From IMG/VR virus record IMGVR_UViG_3300042569_003487, positions 32,001 to 96,000 of that record: a stretch of DNA of 64,000 nt; one strand, given 5' to 3'. Of this stretch, positions 28,154-37,146 are shown in pieces. The translations under genes and the position numbers were made by a program. The stretch's first letter is position 1. Each line of letters opens with the position of its first letter. The notes beneath the pieces are model-generated. The model was not told where the DNA came from. It ran no database searches and saw nothing but the letters and a program-made list of their open reading frames with translations. The DNA comes from a virus.

Positions 28154-29281
28154 CTAAGATATGCCAAAACGGGTTTGGTACTTCTTGTAATTTTGACTAA
28201 CTTGAGGAGAGGTCATCCCAGTTGAATAAATTTTAGCAACTGCAATTTTTCCATTTAAAAAATATTGACCAGAGGAAGCCGCAGCATATGTACCTATTCT
28301 ATATGGAGTACTTATTGTTAAAGATGATGATCCAGTATTTCCAGAGCCCACCTCTATTCCATTTAAGTATAGTTTACAAGTAGATCCTATCCTAGTGCAA
28401 ATTAAATGATAATACCGTCCTACTTCAATTGATCGATAGCCGCTATTAACTTCAATATTACTATTTCCTCCAACTATTCTAATTTGGCTGCCATTATCAT
28501 CAAATAGTAGGTACATGGGCGAATTAGATTCTCCGCCATTTCCTCTTGGATCAATTAAATAGTGTCTTTTTCCTGGAAGAGCATCTGCGCTAAAAACTAC
28601 CTCCATTGCATAATCTCCCAATGAAAAGCTTTGATTTGGCGTAACTACCAATCGATCGTCAGTTCCATCAAATATAAGACCGGCGTTTGAACTAAAGGAC
28701 GCTAAATTATTAATAGAATTTTTACCTGTTAAATCTAAAATAGAAGTGGTGGCTGATCTTGACCCCTTTAAAAATTGGGTCGCATGAGAGTTTTCTTCAA
28801 TTTGTGGAGCCGCAATTTCAATAGTCCCAGCTTGGTTATATCGATATACTGTTACGGTTGAAATCGTGCCACCCATATCACCTCGAGTATAGGTATATCT
28901 CTGCCAATTTTGAGTAAGTGGGCCATCTCCAAAATAATACCAGCCTCCATCTGGACCAGTTCCAGTATAAACATACATTAAATACGTACTAGGCGTAGCT
29001 GATCTAGACCTCATCCATACTGAATAAGTAAATGTTCTACCGCTGGCCGAGGTTGGAGTTGTATCTCTTGGATTTACATAATAACCAGAACTATATTGCG
29101 CATATCCTATAACATTGGTACCAAATGGAACATCTGTACTTAAGACATTTGCGTTTCCATCTGGATCAACTACTAAGTTTGTGCTAGGTTCTCCTTTGTA
29201 TGAATTAACAATGTCACCGATGTCATAGGCAAAAATTAATCCATCGTGTATTGAAGCTCCATATCCTTGTTGTACTGCCAT
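28154..29281 (-). CDS. LamG/ConA-like lectin protein with inserted CBM-like domain (type C, copy 2)
   Basis: LIFAYD.GD..NSY, FDGTDD, LYLNG, GKIAVAKIY...V.QNY...RFG. Confidence 0.8.
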   Translation of the reverse strand: MAVQQGYGASIHDGLIFAYDIGDIVNSYKGEPSTNLVVDPDGNANVLSTDVPFGTNVIGYAQYSSGYYVNPRDTTPTSASGRTFTYSVWMRSRSATPSTYLMYVYTGTGPDGGWYYFGDGPLTQNWQRYTYTRGDMGGTISTVTVYRYNQAGTIEIAAPQIEENSHATQFLKGSRSATTSILDLTGKNSINNLASFSSNAGLIFDGTDDRLVVTPNQSFSLGDYAMEVVFSADALPGKRHYLIDPRGNGGESNSPMYLLFDDNGSQIRIVGGNSNIEVNSGYRSIEVGRYYHLICTRIGSTCKLYLNGIEVGSGNTGSSSLTISTPYRIGTYAAASSGQYFLNGKIAVAKIYSTGMTSPQVSQNYKKYQTRFGIS

Positions 29282-29286
29282 ATTGA

Positions 29287-31152
29287 TTAAGTCTTTTCTC
29301 TAAAATAAATTTCCAATGAATTTATTGGAAGTGGGCCATTACAACCGCCTCCAGGTAATACGTCAACTCCATATCTAAGATATGCATTATATGGCTGTGC
29401 GTAGTCTTGAGTCCAGCCGCTTCCGCCACACATTGCGTGTCCAGCATTAATAGTTGAATTACAGTCACAAGTATCATCATCCAATAAAAATGATTTAATT
29501 CCTTCTGATGTTCTATATTGCCAGCTGTCTTGGTCTCCTGTATAGATTCCACCGGATAATACCGTTGGATTAAATGCTCCACGTTCTGCCCAAGCTCCCT
29601 CAGTTCCGCTAAAAAATGAATCCCAAACTCGTTGTGAAGTTTCTGAAGCATTACTAAAATCCCATTTGTAAATATTACCCGCCCCATCCTTTGCTAATAT
29701 CTCAGTATTGGATTTAGTTAAATATTGAGGAAGCCTTTGAAAACCATAGTCTCCTCCCTGATTATGTGAACCAAACGAATAATCTAGTGCATGTAAACCA
29801 GAGGGCCAGCCCTTTCCATTATACCACCAAAATTTAGTCCAACCTCCTCCATCTGTTGTCATATCACAATATGCTAAGATTGGATTTGTTAATTGAGGAG
29901 GTTTTATCCAATAATAACCAGAAGTTGCTCCAGGTTTATGTTGTTTAATTTTCTTTGCGCTAAGTCCAGCTGTGGCTGAGCTATCTCCAAGTCCGCCTAT
30001 TCCAAACTTAGCTGAATTCATTCTGTAAATTTGTTTAATTTCGCTTTCACTAAGCGCTCTATTGTAAACTTGGGTCATAAGGATTTTTCCTCTATATAGC
30101 TCAGATGTTACTGTATTTGCACCTATTCTAAACGGAGTACTTCCATCTCCAACCGTTGCGGTAGCCGACCCAGTTTTTTTAAGCTCACCGTTAATATAAA
30201 ATGCAGTTGATTCACCAAGCCGACTTGCCGAAATCATAACTGGGCTAGTAGTAAATTCTGGCAGGGTTGTATTCCATGGAGAAGATCCTAAGTATGTACT
30301 AGAATTTCCAAGATGCATGCCAATATAGTTTGTTCCAAAAAATATTTGAAGATTACTCGATGGATAACTACCAAACGTTGTTCCTCCAGAGTTACTAGAA
30401 TTAGACTGTAATATTTGAACCACGGTAAAATCCCCAGCTCCTTGAATAACACCGCTTCCAACTCCTAAATAGTCGTCAGACCCATCAAATGTCATTTGGG
30501 CACTTTCGTCAAAAGATACAGTTGATAGATTTGGACTAACCTGTCCCACTATATCCTTTAGTCCTTGGGTAGAGGTTCTGGTTCCATTTGTATATGGTGT
30601 GACATGACTCTTTTCTTCGGCTTGCGCAAGCACAAAATACATTGGCCTATTTTGAGAAATATTTTCTGCTGCCCAATATGGATATAAACTATCAGTTTGA
30701 GAAGTTAATGTATAACTTATACGTTGCCAATTTCCAGTTAATGTTACAAATTGGCCTGGATTATATGTAATTGGCCCGTATCCACCCTGGTTATATTGAC
30801 CAAGTGTTCCTAATCCTTTTACGTATGCTGAAATTGTATAGGTTCGGCCGTTACTAAATTTTCCACCATTTCCTTGATGAAAGTGAGCATACGATGTATC
30901 AGAAGTTGTTCTTACCACCTTAAGCGCTGAAACTGGTACCCCAAACGGTCCAATAATAGTTTCAGTTGCGTAAGAATATCTGCCGCTGTCCCATGAACCA
31001 AAAATCCAATTCGCAGTACCTGAACTAAAATCAGAATTTGAAAAAAGGTTTACCGTAGGCTCTCCAATATAAGAATTTACCTGATCTTGCAAATCAAATG
31101 CAAAAACCATTCCGCTTTCTGAAAAAATATTTGGTCCTGCGTGAGTTGGCAT
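29287..31152 (-). CDS. LamG lectin protein with inserted domain and C-terminal fibrinogen-like domain (type B, copy 2)
   Basis: LamG motifs FDGSDD, FYING, VYNRALS; then SGYYWIKP...YCDMTTDGGGWT fibrinogen-C signature. Confidence 0.8.
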   Translation of the reverse strand: MPTHAGPNIFSESGMVFAFDLQDQVNSYIGEPTVNLFSNSDFSSGTANWIFGSWDSGRYSYATETIIGPFGVPVSALKVVRTTSDTSYAHFHQGNGGKFSNGRTYTISAYVKGLGTLGQYNQGGYGPITYNPGQFVTLTGNWQRISYTLTSQTDSLYPYWAAENISQNRPMYFVLAQAEEKSHVTPYTNGTRTSTQGLKDIVGQVSPNLSTVSFDESAQMTFDGSDDYLGVGSGVIQGAGDFTVVQILQSNSSNSGGTTFGSYPSSNLQIFFGTNYIGMHLGNSSTYLGSSPWNTTLPEFTTSPVMISASRLGESTAFYINGELKKTGSATATVGDGSTPFRIGANTVTSELYRGKILMTQVYNRALSESEIKQIYRMNSAKFGIGGLGDSSATAGLSAKKIKQHKPGATSGYYWIKPPQLTNPILAYCDMTTDGGGWTKFWWYNGKGWPSGLHALDYSFGSHNQGGDYGFQRLPQYLTKSNTEILAKDGAGNIYKWDFSNASETSQRVWDSFFSGTEGAWAERGAFNPTVLSGGIYTGDQDSWQYRTSEGIKSFLLDDDTCDCNSTINAGHAMCGGSGWTQDYAQPYNAYLRYGVDVLPGGGCNGPLPINSLEIYFREKT

Positions 31153-31154
31153 AA

Positions 31155-31865
31155 TTATAATCCAAATCTATTTTTATGTGCATTAAAATTTTGGAGGGCT
31201 TCCTCTGGCGTTAAATACTTTTTATACATTCTGGCCATGGCAATGCTACCATAAAACAAATATCCAACATTATTTGGATTATTTCCAATTTGCATAGACA
31301 TATTACTCCAAATAGTAGAACCGGACCACGCGCCTCCGCCATCTCCGGTTGTTTTTTGAACTCCATCTATATAGGTTGAAAATGTTGAACTATCTCTAGT
31401 GCATATAATATGATGCCAATTATCATCAAATAGATTTGTGCCATATACTACAGTATTATGTAAGTATGTGCCAGGATATCCATTGTCTGTATTGTAGATA
31501 TAGTAAACAAGTTCTCCGCCTGGTGCAATATAACTAATAATTCCATAGTCTGGGCAAAATAGGCCTCCGATAGATTGACCTGCACCTAGACCTGGAGATT
31601 TTATCCACAGTTCAAATGCATGAGTTGAAATACCACCGAATGAATTAACAGATGGAGTAAAAGCTATATCATCTGTTCCATCGAATCTAAATATTCCTAA
31701 ATTACTTGAGCTAAAGGTTGGAGAATTTGCAAGAGATGCATTTAGGCTTGGATTTGCCAGATTAGTCCACTCTGAGCCGGAACCAGTATATGAATTAGTG
31801 TCACCTGCGTCTAACGCAAGAACCAATTCATTTGTAATAATTTTAGGTGAGTGATGTAGAGCCAT
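31155..31865 (-). CDS. Short LamG lectin protein (type A, copy 2)
   Basis: LVLALDAGDTNSY.GSG, FDGTDD, WHHI, YIDG, QNFNA..RFGL. Confidence 0.85.
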   Translation of the reverse strand: MALHHSPKIITNELVLALDAGDTNSYTGSGSEWTNLANPSLNASLANSPTFSSSNLGIFRFDGTDDIAFTPSVNSFGGISTHAFELWIKSPGLGAGQSIGGLFCPDYGIISYIAPGGELVYYIYNTDNGYPGTYLHNTVVYGTNLFDDNWHHIICTRDSSTFSTYIDGVQKTTGDGGGAWSGSTIWSNMSMQIGNNPNNVGYLFYGSIAMARMYKKYLTPEEALQNFNAHKNRFGL

Positions 31866-31891
31866 ATAAGATATTTATTTGGCTCTTTACT

Positions 31892-32239
31892 TTAATCGGG
31901 TCGTCCTTCAGTAAATGGCTCTGTCCACTCTTCAGTTGAAAGAATTTCTAAGATTTCTTCGTGAGTATATTCAGTCATGCCCTCTTGCCAAATTGCAGGT
32001 CGACCGTATACTCCGGCTAGTGTGGTATGAGTTGTCTCTTCGCCAGTTTCTGCATTAATGTATTGAGACACAAGGTCCTCTTCTACAATCGTAATATCGT
32101 ATTTAATAAATGTTTTAGTACCATCAATTGAATAACGAAGAGTTTCAGCTGAGGTTTGGTGAACCTGACCAAAATCAATAGATTCTACATCAGTCGATGG
32201 AATAATTAACCATCTGCGGTTTGGAAATTGTGTGCTCAT
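31892..32239 (-). CDS. Small acidic fibre-associated protein (follows LamG cassette 1)
   Basis: 115 aa; TLRYSIDGTKTFIKY and YTHEEILEIL...EW motifs typical of small phage proteins next to lectin genes. Confidence 0.65.
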   Translation of the reverse strand: MSTQFPNRRWLIIPSTDVESIDFGQVHQTSAETLRYSIDGTKTFIKYDITIVEEDLVSQYINAETGEETTHTTLAGVYGRPAIWQEGMTEYTHEEILEILSTEEWTEPFTEGRPD

Positions 32240-32258
32240 ATAAGTTATTTATTAATTT

Positions 32259-33554
32259 TTACAAATTGAATCTGGTTTTATAGTGACGATAATTTTGCTC
32301 AATTTCAGAAGCAGTTAGTGCTCGGCTGTATATTTTAGCAATTGGCACTAAGCAAGGTAAGTGGGAATAGACTTGAGTTCCTCCGCCGTCTACCTGAGCT
32401 TTATTAATTCCAATATTACCAGCAGTTGGAGTTAATCCTGGATTATACTCTTGAGTGGCAGTACCTGCTGATCCATTTAAGGACCCATTTGCATAAAGTT
32501 TTATGGATCCGCTTGATGCGTCATTTACTAATACTAGATGGTGGTACCTGCCTGGAGTTAAGTCAAATGCGCCAGCTGTTCTATACGCGTCAGCTCCTCT
32601 AATATATGCATAAATTGTACATGCTGTTCCATCACTATTTCCATACCAATATAAAGCTGTTCCACTATAGTATGTAGCACCTACCAATACTCCAGCTTTA
32701 GTGGTGCTACCGTATCCATTAGGCGGAGCTGCTGCTGGGTATGCGTCAATCTTAACTGTACATTCTATAGTAAAATTTGAAAGAGCTGATAAAGTTGTTA
32801 ACGGGATCCCAGTATCAAGAGTATCGTCAGTTCCATCAAAAGTCATTTGACCAGTTGAATTAAATGATACAGTGGATAAATTCACTGTCCTATTTCCAGT
32901 TAAATCTAATAATCCCTGAGTTACACTTCGAGTTGTACCAAATGGGATAAATTGCCTAGGTCTCAAAACTTCTGGACCCTGAGTAAACATTACACCAGCA
33001 ATATCAATTGTATTATATGTTGCATACTCATACATATAAAAATAAAAATACATTGTAGTTGTTCCAGGCTGAGTTGTTAGATTTCCCCATGCATGATACC
33101 AACCATCTCCGAGGTGAGTGCGATTTCCATCATTGTGTAAACCGCCTTCTGTAATATAACCAGATGCACCATATTCATATCTGTACATAAAATTTGGATG
33201 AGTATAACCAGAAGAGCTTCTATAAATTATTGAATATGCATATTGAGTACTGCCAGAAACGCTGGATCCACCTAAACTCCAAGCCTGCTGACAGCAAACT
33301 CCAGAACCTCCTCCATAATCATTATATGTTTCGATTGTTTCAACTGTTCGTACGCCTAGGGTTGGAACAAAAACATCTCTTGAATAATATTGAGTTTTAA
33401 AAACTGAACTAGATTGATTACCATAAGTTCTACCATAAGAACTTAATAAATTGGTTTTTGGCGCACCCTTAAATGAGTTATCCATATCTCCGGTATCGTA
33501 ACTAAAAATTAGGTTATTAGTGGTTGTTTTTCCAAAGCCTTGTGCAATTGCCAT
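32259..33554 (-). CDS. LamG lectin protein with inserted domain (type C, copy 1)
   Basis: LIFSYDTGD..NS, FDGTDD, LYANG, KIYSRALTASEIEQNY...RFNL. Confidence 0.8.
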   Translation of the reverse strand: MAIAQGFGKTTTNNLIFSYDTGDMDNSFKGAPKTNLLSSYGRTYGNQSSSVFKTQYYSRDVFVPTLGVRTVETIETYNDYGGGSGVCCQQAWSLGGSSVSGSTQYAYSIIYRSSSGYTHPNFMYRYEYGASGYITEGGLHNDGNRTHLGDGWYHAWGNLTTQPGTTTMYFYFYMYEYATYNTIDIAGVMFTQGPEVLRPRQFIPFGTTRSVTQGLLDLTGNRTVNLSTVSFNSTGQMTFDGTDDTLDTGIPLTTLSALSNFTIECTVKIDAYPAAAPPNGYGSTTKAGVLVGATYYSGTALYWYGNSDGTACTIYAYIRGADAYRTAGAFDLTPGRYHHLVLVNDASSGSIKLYANGSLNGSAGTATQEYNPGLTPTAGNIGINKAQVDGGGTQVYSHLPCLVPIAKIYSRALTASEIEQNYRHYKTRFNL

Positions 33555-33555
33555 A

Positions 33556-34746
33556 TTACATATTAAATCTTGTTTTATATCCTAAGAAATTATTATAAAT
33601 TTCAGAAGGCAATAGCGGTCTATTATAAACTTTAGTAACTGGTATTTTTCCGTTTACTAATCTAGGATTTGCATTATTACCCTTTCCAACATATCTAATT
33701 TTAAGACCGGCATAATCACGATTCCATACTTGTGAAACATGATCACCGCCTTCCGCGATACCATTTAGATAAAATTGATATTTAGTTCCATCATTTGAGC
33801 AAGTTATTGTAACATGGTACCATCTATTAGGCTGTAGTGTAGTTGAGCCATATCTCCAATAGCCAGGTGAAACATTCCATAGAGCTAGTCTATTGTCCAA
33901 AACTGACCAATACCAACTATTATAGTCAATTCCCTCTGATCCGATAAAGTTTGCCGGAGAAGTTGTATTGTTATAACCACCTGCTACGCTATTATAGTAG
34001 ACAACTGATTCGACTGTCCACCCTCCAGTTGTTTTAAACGTAATATCTGAACCAAGTGAAAGAAAATCATCTGTGCCATCAAATACAATCTCTTGTGAAG
34101 AGTTAATAGTAACATTGGCTAAGTTAATTTGGTTAGCCCCTGTTAAATCCAGTAAGCCCTGGGTACTTGATCTAGAACTAGCGGTAAATCGGGTTGCATG
34201 GTCTTTCTTTTCTAATTGCGGATTGTACATATAAAGTACAAAATCAACATCCTGTGGATCTCCGCCGCCTCTGGCAAACCAATAAAAATAGAATGGAACT
34301 GAACTTGAAGTATTTGTTACACTTGCTTCAAGCTTTTGCCATGTACCAACTCGGCTAAGATCATAGTAAGCATTTTCTCCGCCTGATCCTCCGTGAGTTG
34401 CATTAACATTTGGAGTCCATGCAAATTTACCATTGGGTTCAATATAGAGTTCGCAAGATCTGGTAAAAATATCACCAACTGCACCAACTGCAGAAATTCC
34501 AGAATAGGCTCCAGTCCAGTTAGGATTATTGCCTGGGCTAAAAACATGGCATCGCAAACACGTGCGTCCTTGGAACTCGACGACTGATGTCGTAACCCAA
34601 CTCCAACCATATCCAGAAAAAGTTACTGGATTACTTGTTTCTAAATTGGTAGTAGGTTCGCCGATATACGAATTTATAATATCCCCGGTATCGTATCCAA
34701 AGATAAGACCAGATTCTGATTTATTTGGCCCTGTACTATTTGCCAT
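33556..34746 (-). CDS. LamG lectin protein with inserted domain (type B, copy 1)
   Basis: LIFGYDTGD..NSY.GEPT, FDGTDD, WYHV, FYLNG, VYNRPL. Confidence 0.8.
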   Translation of the reverse strand: MANSTGPNKSESGLIFGYDTGDIINSYIGEPTTNLETSNPVTFSGYGWSWVTTSVVEFQGRTCLRCHVFSPGNNPNWTGAYSGISAVGAVGDIFTRSCELYIEPNGKFAWTPNVNATHGGSGGENAYYDLSRVGTWQKLEASVTNTSSSVPFYFYWFARGGGDPQDVDFVLYMYNPQLEKKDHATRFTASSRSSTQGLLDLTGANQINLANVTINSSQEIVFDGTDDFLSLGSDITFKTTGGWTVESVVYYNSVAGGYNNTTSPANFIGSEGIDYNSWYWSVLDNRLALWNVSPGYWRYGSTTLQPNRWYHVTITCSNDGTKYQFYLNGIAEGGDHVSQVWNRDYAGLKIRYVGKGNNANPRLVNGKIPVTKVYNRPLLPSEIYNNFLGYKTRFNM

Positions 34747-34873
34747 TTTCTTCGATCCATTTTTCGCAGTCTTCTTGACTTAGAAAACACGCAAGCGGAG
34801 TTAGGTCAATTGCATCTTTAAATATGCAAAACTGACTTGGTAAATCTTTATACTTAATTTCTTTAATTACCAT
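34736..34873 (-). CDS. Small hypothetical protein (45 aa)
   Basis: ATG 34873 sits immediately after the upstream stop and the ORF fills the gap between two LamG genes; the longer ORF-track start overlaps another gene. Confidence 0.5.
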   Translation of the reverse strand: MVIKEIKYKDLPSQFCIFKDAIDLTPLACFLSQEDCEKWIEENGK

Positions 34874-34874
34874 A

Positions 34875-35570
34875 TTATGATAAGCCATCATTTTGTAAGC
34901 CAGTTCGACTTGAAAGAGCCTGATAATTTTTAAGAATTTCAGAGTTTGAGAGAGGCCGATTATAAATCTTAACATTTTTGATTTTACCATTAAGATTAAA
35001 ATATCCACCTGCATAGGTTTCACGACCGATCATTGTATTACCGGCATCGCTTGTAAGAGGGCGATCATTTTGGCTACCAGTATAATCACCGCCGGTTTGA
35101 ACCCCATTAACAAAGAAATTGTTAACGCCCCTAGACCTTCTCCAAGTTACATAATACCATATACCAGTATTAAAGGTATAGGGCACAGATATGTATGGCC
35201 GCCTCATTTCAATAGAAGCATTATTTTGATTTATCGCAAATGCCCAATGTTCAACATTCCAGTTACCAGACGAAACTAGAGTTCCATGATAATTATCATG
35301 ATTGCCTCTTACTGAAAAAAGAACTTCCATTGTAAGATCATCTAAATCAGTAAAATTTCGTTCAACATTAATATAAGAGCCATAATCTGGCTCAAAATTG
35401 AAAACCTTACCATTCAGATAAGATTCACTCATATTAGAAGATAACGTATAACCATTTAGGGAAAGATCGTAAACGGTTTGGCCAGATCCTGGATAACAGC
35501 TAGGATCCGCTGCTTCGACATAAAGTTGAAGTCCGCTTAATTCAATTCTTGGATTATAGTGTAGTGCCAT
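34875..35570 (-). CDS. Short LamG lectin protein (type A, copy 1)
   Basis: LQLYVEAAD.SCYPGSG..VYDLS, WYYV, FVNG, KIYNRPLS..EI..NY. Confidence 0.85.
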   Translation of the reverse strand: MALHYNPRIELSGLQLYVEAADPSCYPGSGQTVYDLSLNGYTLSSNMSESYLNGKVFNFEPDYGSYINVERNFTDLDDLTMEVLFSVRGNHDNYHGTLVSSGNWNVEHWAFAINQNNASIEMRRPYISVPYTFNTGIWYYVTWRRSRGVNNFFVNGVQTGGDYTGSQNDRPLTSDAGNTMIGRETYAGGYFNLNGKIKNVKIYNRPLSNSEILKNYQALSSRTGLQNDGLS

Positions 35571-35824
35571 TATGCTTGAGTTGCTGCTGCATTTTTTGCC
35601 TTATTATGAAATATTTGAGCATAGAACGCAAAATTATGGGTGATAAGACCAAATTCAGGCGAGCCTATATGAATAGCCCCTTCTTCGCGTTCACAAATAA
35701 AGAATATAGTTGAATTTACATCAATAATTCCTACAACTTTCATTCTTGAATTTGCTCCAATATTATAATAAGTGTCTAACTCATAGACAGCTTCTTCGAT
35801 TTGATATGATTGTAAATTTTGCAT
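35570..35824 (-). CDS. Hypothetical protein
   Basis: 84 aa ORF translationally coupled on both sides. Confidence 0.6.
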   Translation of the reverse strand: MQNLQSYQIEEAVYELDTYYNIGANSRMKVVGIIDVNSTIFFICEREEGAIHIGSPEFGLITHNFAFYAQIFHNKAKNAAATQA

Positions 35825-35825
35825 A

Positions 35826-37145
35826 TTATACGATTCCTTCTTTTCTATTATGTGATACTACATCTTCAATTACATAAGTATGTGCTTGATCAACTTCAAT
35901 TTGAATAACCGGTAATTCTCCAAGTTCCTCAATTGATTCAATTTCCGCAATACCATCTATAGTTTGTACTTTTGCACCAACCCATAGTTCTGATAAGGCT
36001 ACAAATCCCATACTTTCAGTTAAAAATTTGTGATTACTTGATACCTTTAAAGTTTTTCCACCAATTACAGTTTGACTTACAATATTGGTTGCAGGGTTTG
36101 CTAGGGTCACCTGGTATGATCCCCATTCACCAGTATGCTCGTGTTTAGTGTAAACATAATCTCCAACTTTAAGATCTCCTGCCATCACCCAAGTGTTAGG
36201 GGCAATTAGGATTGGCATATCTGGGGTTGGACAGACTCCAGATCCACACACCTCGTTAAGGTTACCATATCCACCATATGCGATTTCAAATCCACAGAAA
36301 AGATATTCTCCCCAGCAACAAGCCCAACCTTCAACTCGGTTATTATTACAATCAGTACCTTGCCACCAACCGCTTCCATCTGAATAAAAGCTATAACAGT
36401 CTTCGGCTGGAGGAACATATCCGCATGATGCAGAATTACTCTCAATTAAAGTCGAATAGGTTCCATTACAGCCATCTGAATAAGTATAATAAAGATTGTA
36501 ACCTGAACAATATTGACTTAGGTATGTTCCGTATGATGGAGAACAACAACAGCCTCCGCATGCAGTGGTACAACCTTGGTTTGTATCGTAAGTTCCGCAG
36601 CTACCGTTTGCATATCGATAATAAAGAATACAGCCTGAACAGTATTGACTTAAGTAAGTTCCATAGGCTGGACAGCCGGCTCCAGTAGTTATACTAAGTT
36701 GATTTGAATATCCAGAATAACCATTAGTTGAAGTACAAGTTATACGTACTCTTATTAAATATGTTGTACTTGCAGAAAGTCCGCTAATTGTTTTGGTTCC
36801 TTCGCAGCCTCCAGTATTGTTACTCCAGCTGCTACCTCCATTTGAGCTATATTCAACGTGCATTGCTGTACAATTTGAATAACTTACATTAATTGTAATT
36901 GAACTTGATGTACTTGAATTACTTGAAATACTTGGTGCATTACAACAGGCAAATGTATGGTTATAACCTCGCCACTCAGACATTGCCGCAGAATTGGCTG
37001 AACTAGGTCTACTTGGCGAGCAACTGTTAATTGCAACATATCCGCCATCCTCAGCTGATCCTAAACTAATTGGCGCTGCTGCGTTTCTTCCTAACTCAGA
37101 ATTAATCTGACTCATTCGGATTGCACCGCTGCTCGGTAATGCCAT
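35826..37145 (-). CDS. Putative fibre-tip adhesin: FN3-like + Cys-rich repeats + C-terminal Hint (intein-like) domain
   Basis: MALPSSGAI.MSQINSELG N-terminus; FN3-like (ISGLSASTTYLIRVR); Hint motifs C-PTPDMPI, DLKVGD, SSNHKF, HTY...VSHN. Confidence 0.75.
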   Translation of the reverse strand: MALPSSGAIRMSQINSELGRNAAAPISLGSAEDGGYVAINSCSPSRPSSANSAAMSEWRGYNHTFACCNAPSISSNSSTSSSITINVSYSNCTAMHVEYSSNGGSSWSNNTGGCEGTKTISGLSASTTYLIRVRITCTSTNGYSGYSNQLSITTGAGCPAYGTYLSQYCSGCILYYRYANGSCGTYDTNQGCTTACGGCCCSPSYGTYLSQYCSGYNLYYTYSDGCNGTYSTLIESNSASCGYVPPAEDCYSFYSDGSGWWQGTDCNNNRVEGWACCWGEYLFCGFEIAYGGYGNLNEVCGSGVCPTPDMPILIAPNTWVMAGDLKVGDYVYTKHEHTGEWGSYQVTLANPATNIVSQTVIGGKTLKVSSNHKFLTESMGFVALSELWVGAKVQTIDGIAEIESIEELGELPVIQIEVDQAHTYVIEDVVSHNRKEGIV

Positions 37146-37146
37146 A

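Noticed and set aside
28154-35570. LamG array as an invertible shufflon
   Set aside because: All genes are co-oriented with their own starts; no recombinase gene or inverted crossover sites were seen
35826-36233. Canonical splicing intein
   Set aside because: The residue after His-Asn is Arg and only six residues follow, so it was treated as a cleavage-type Hint domain
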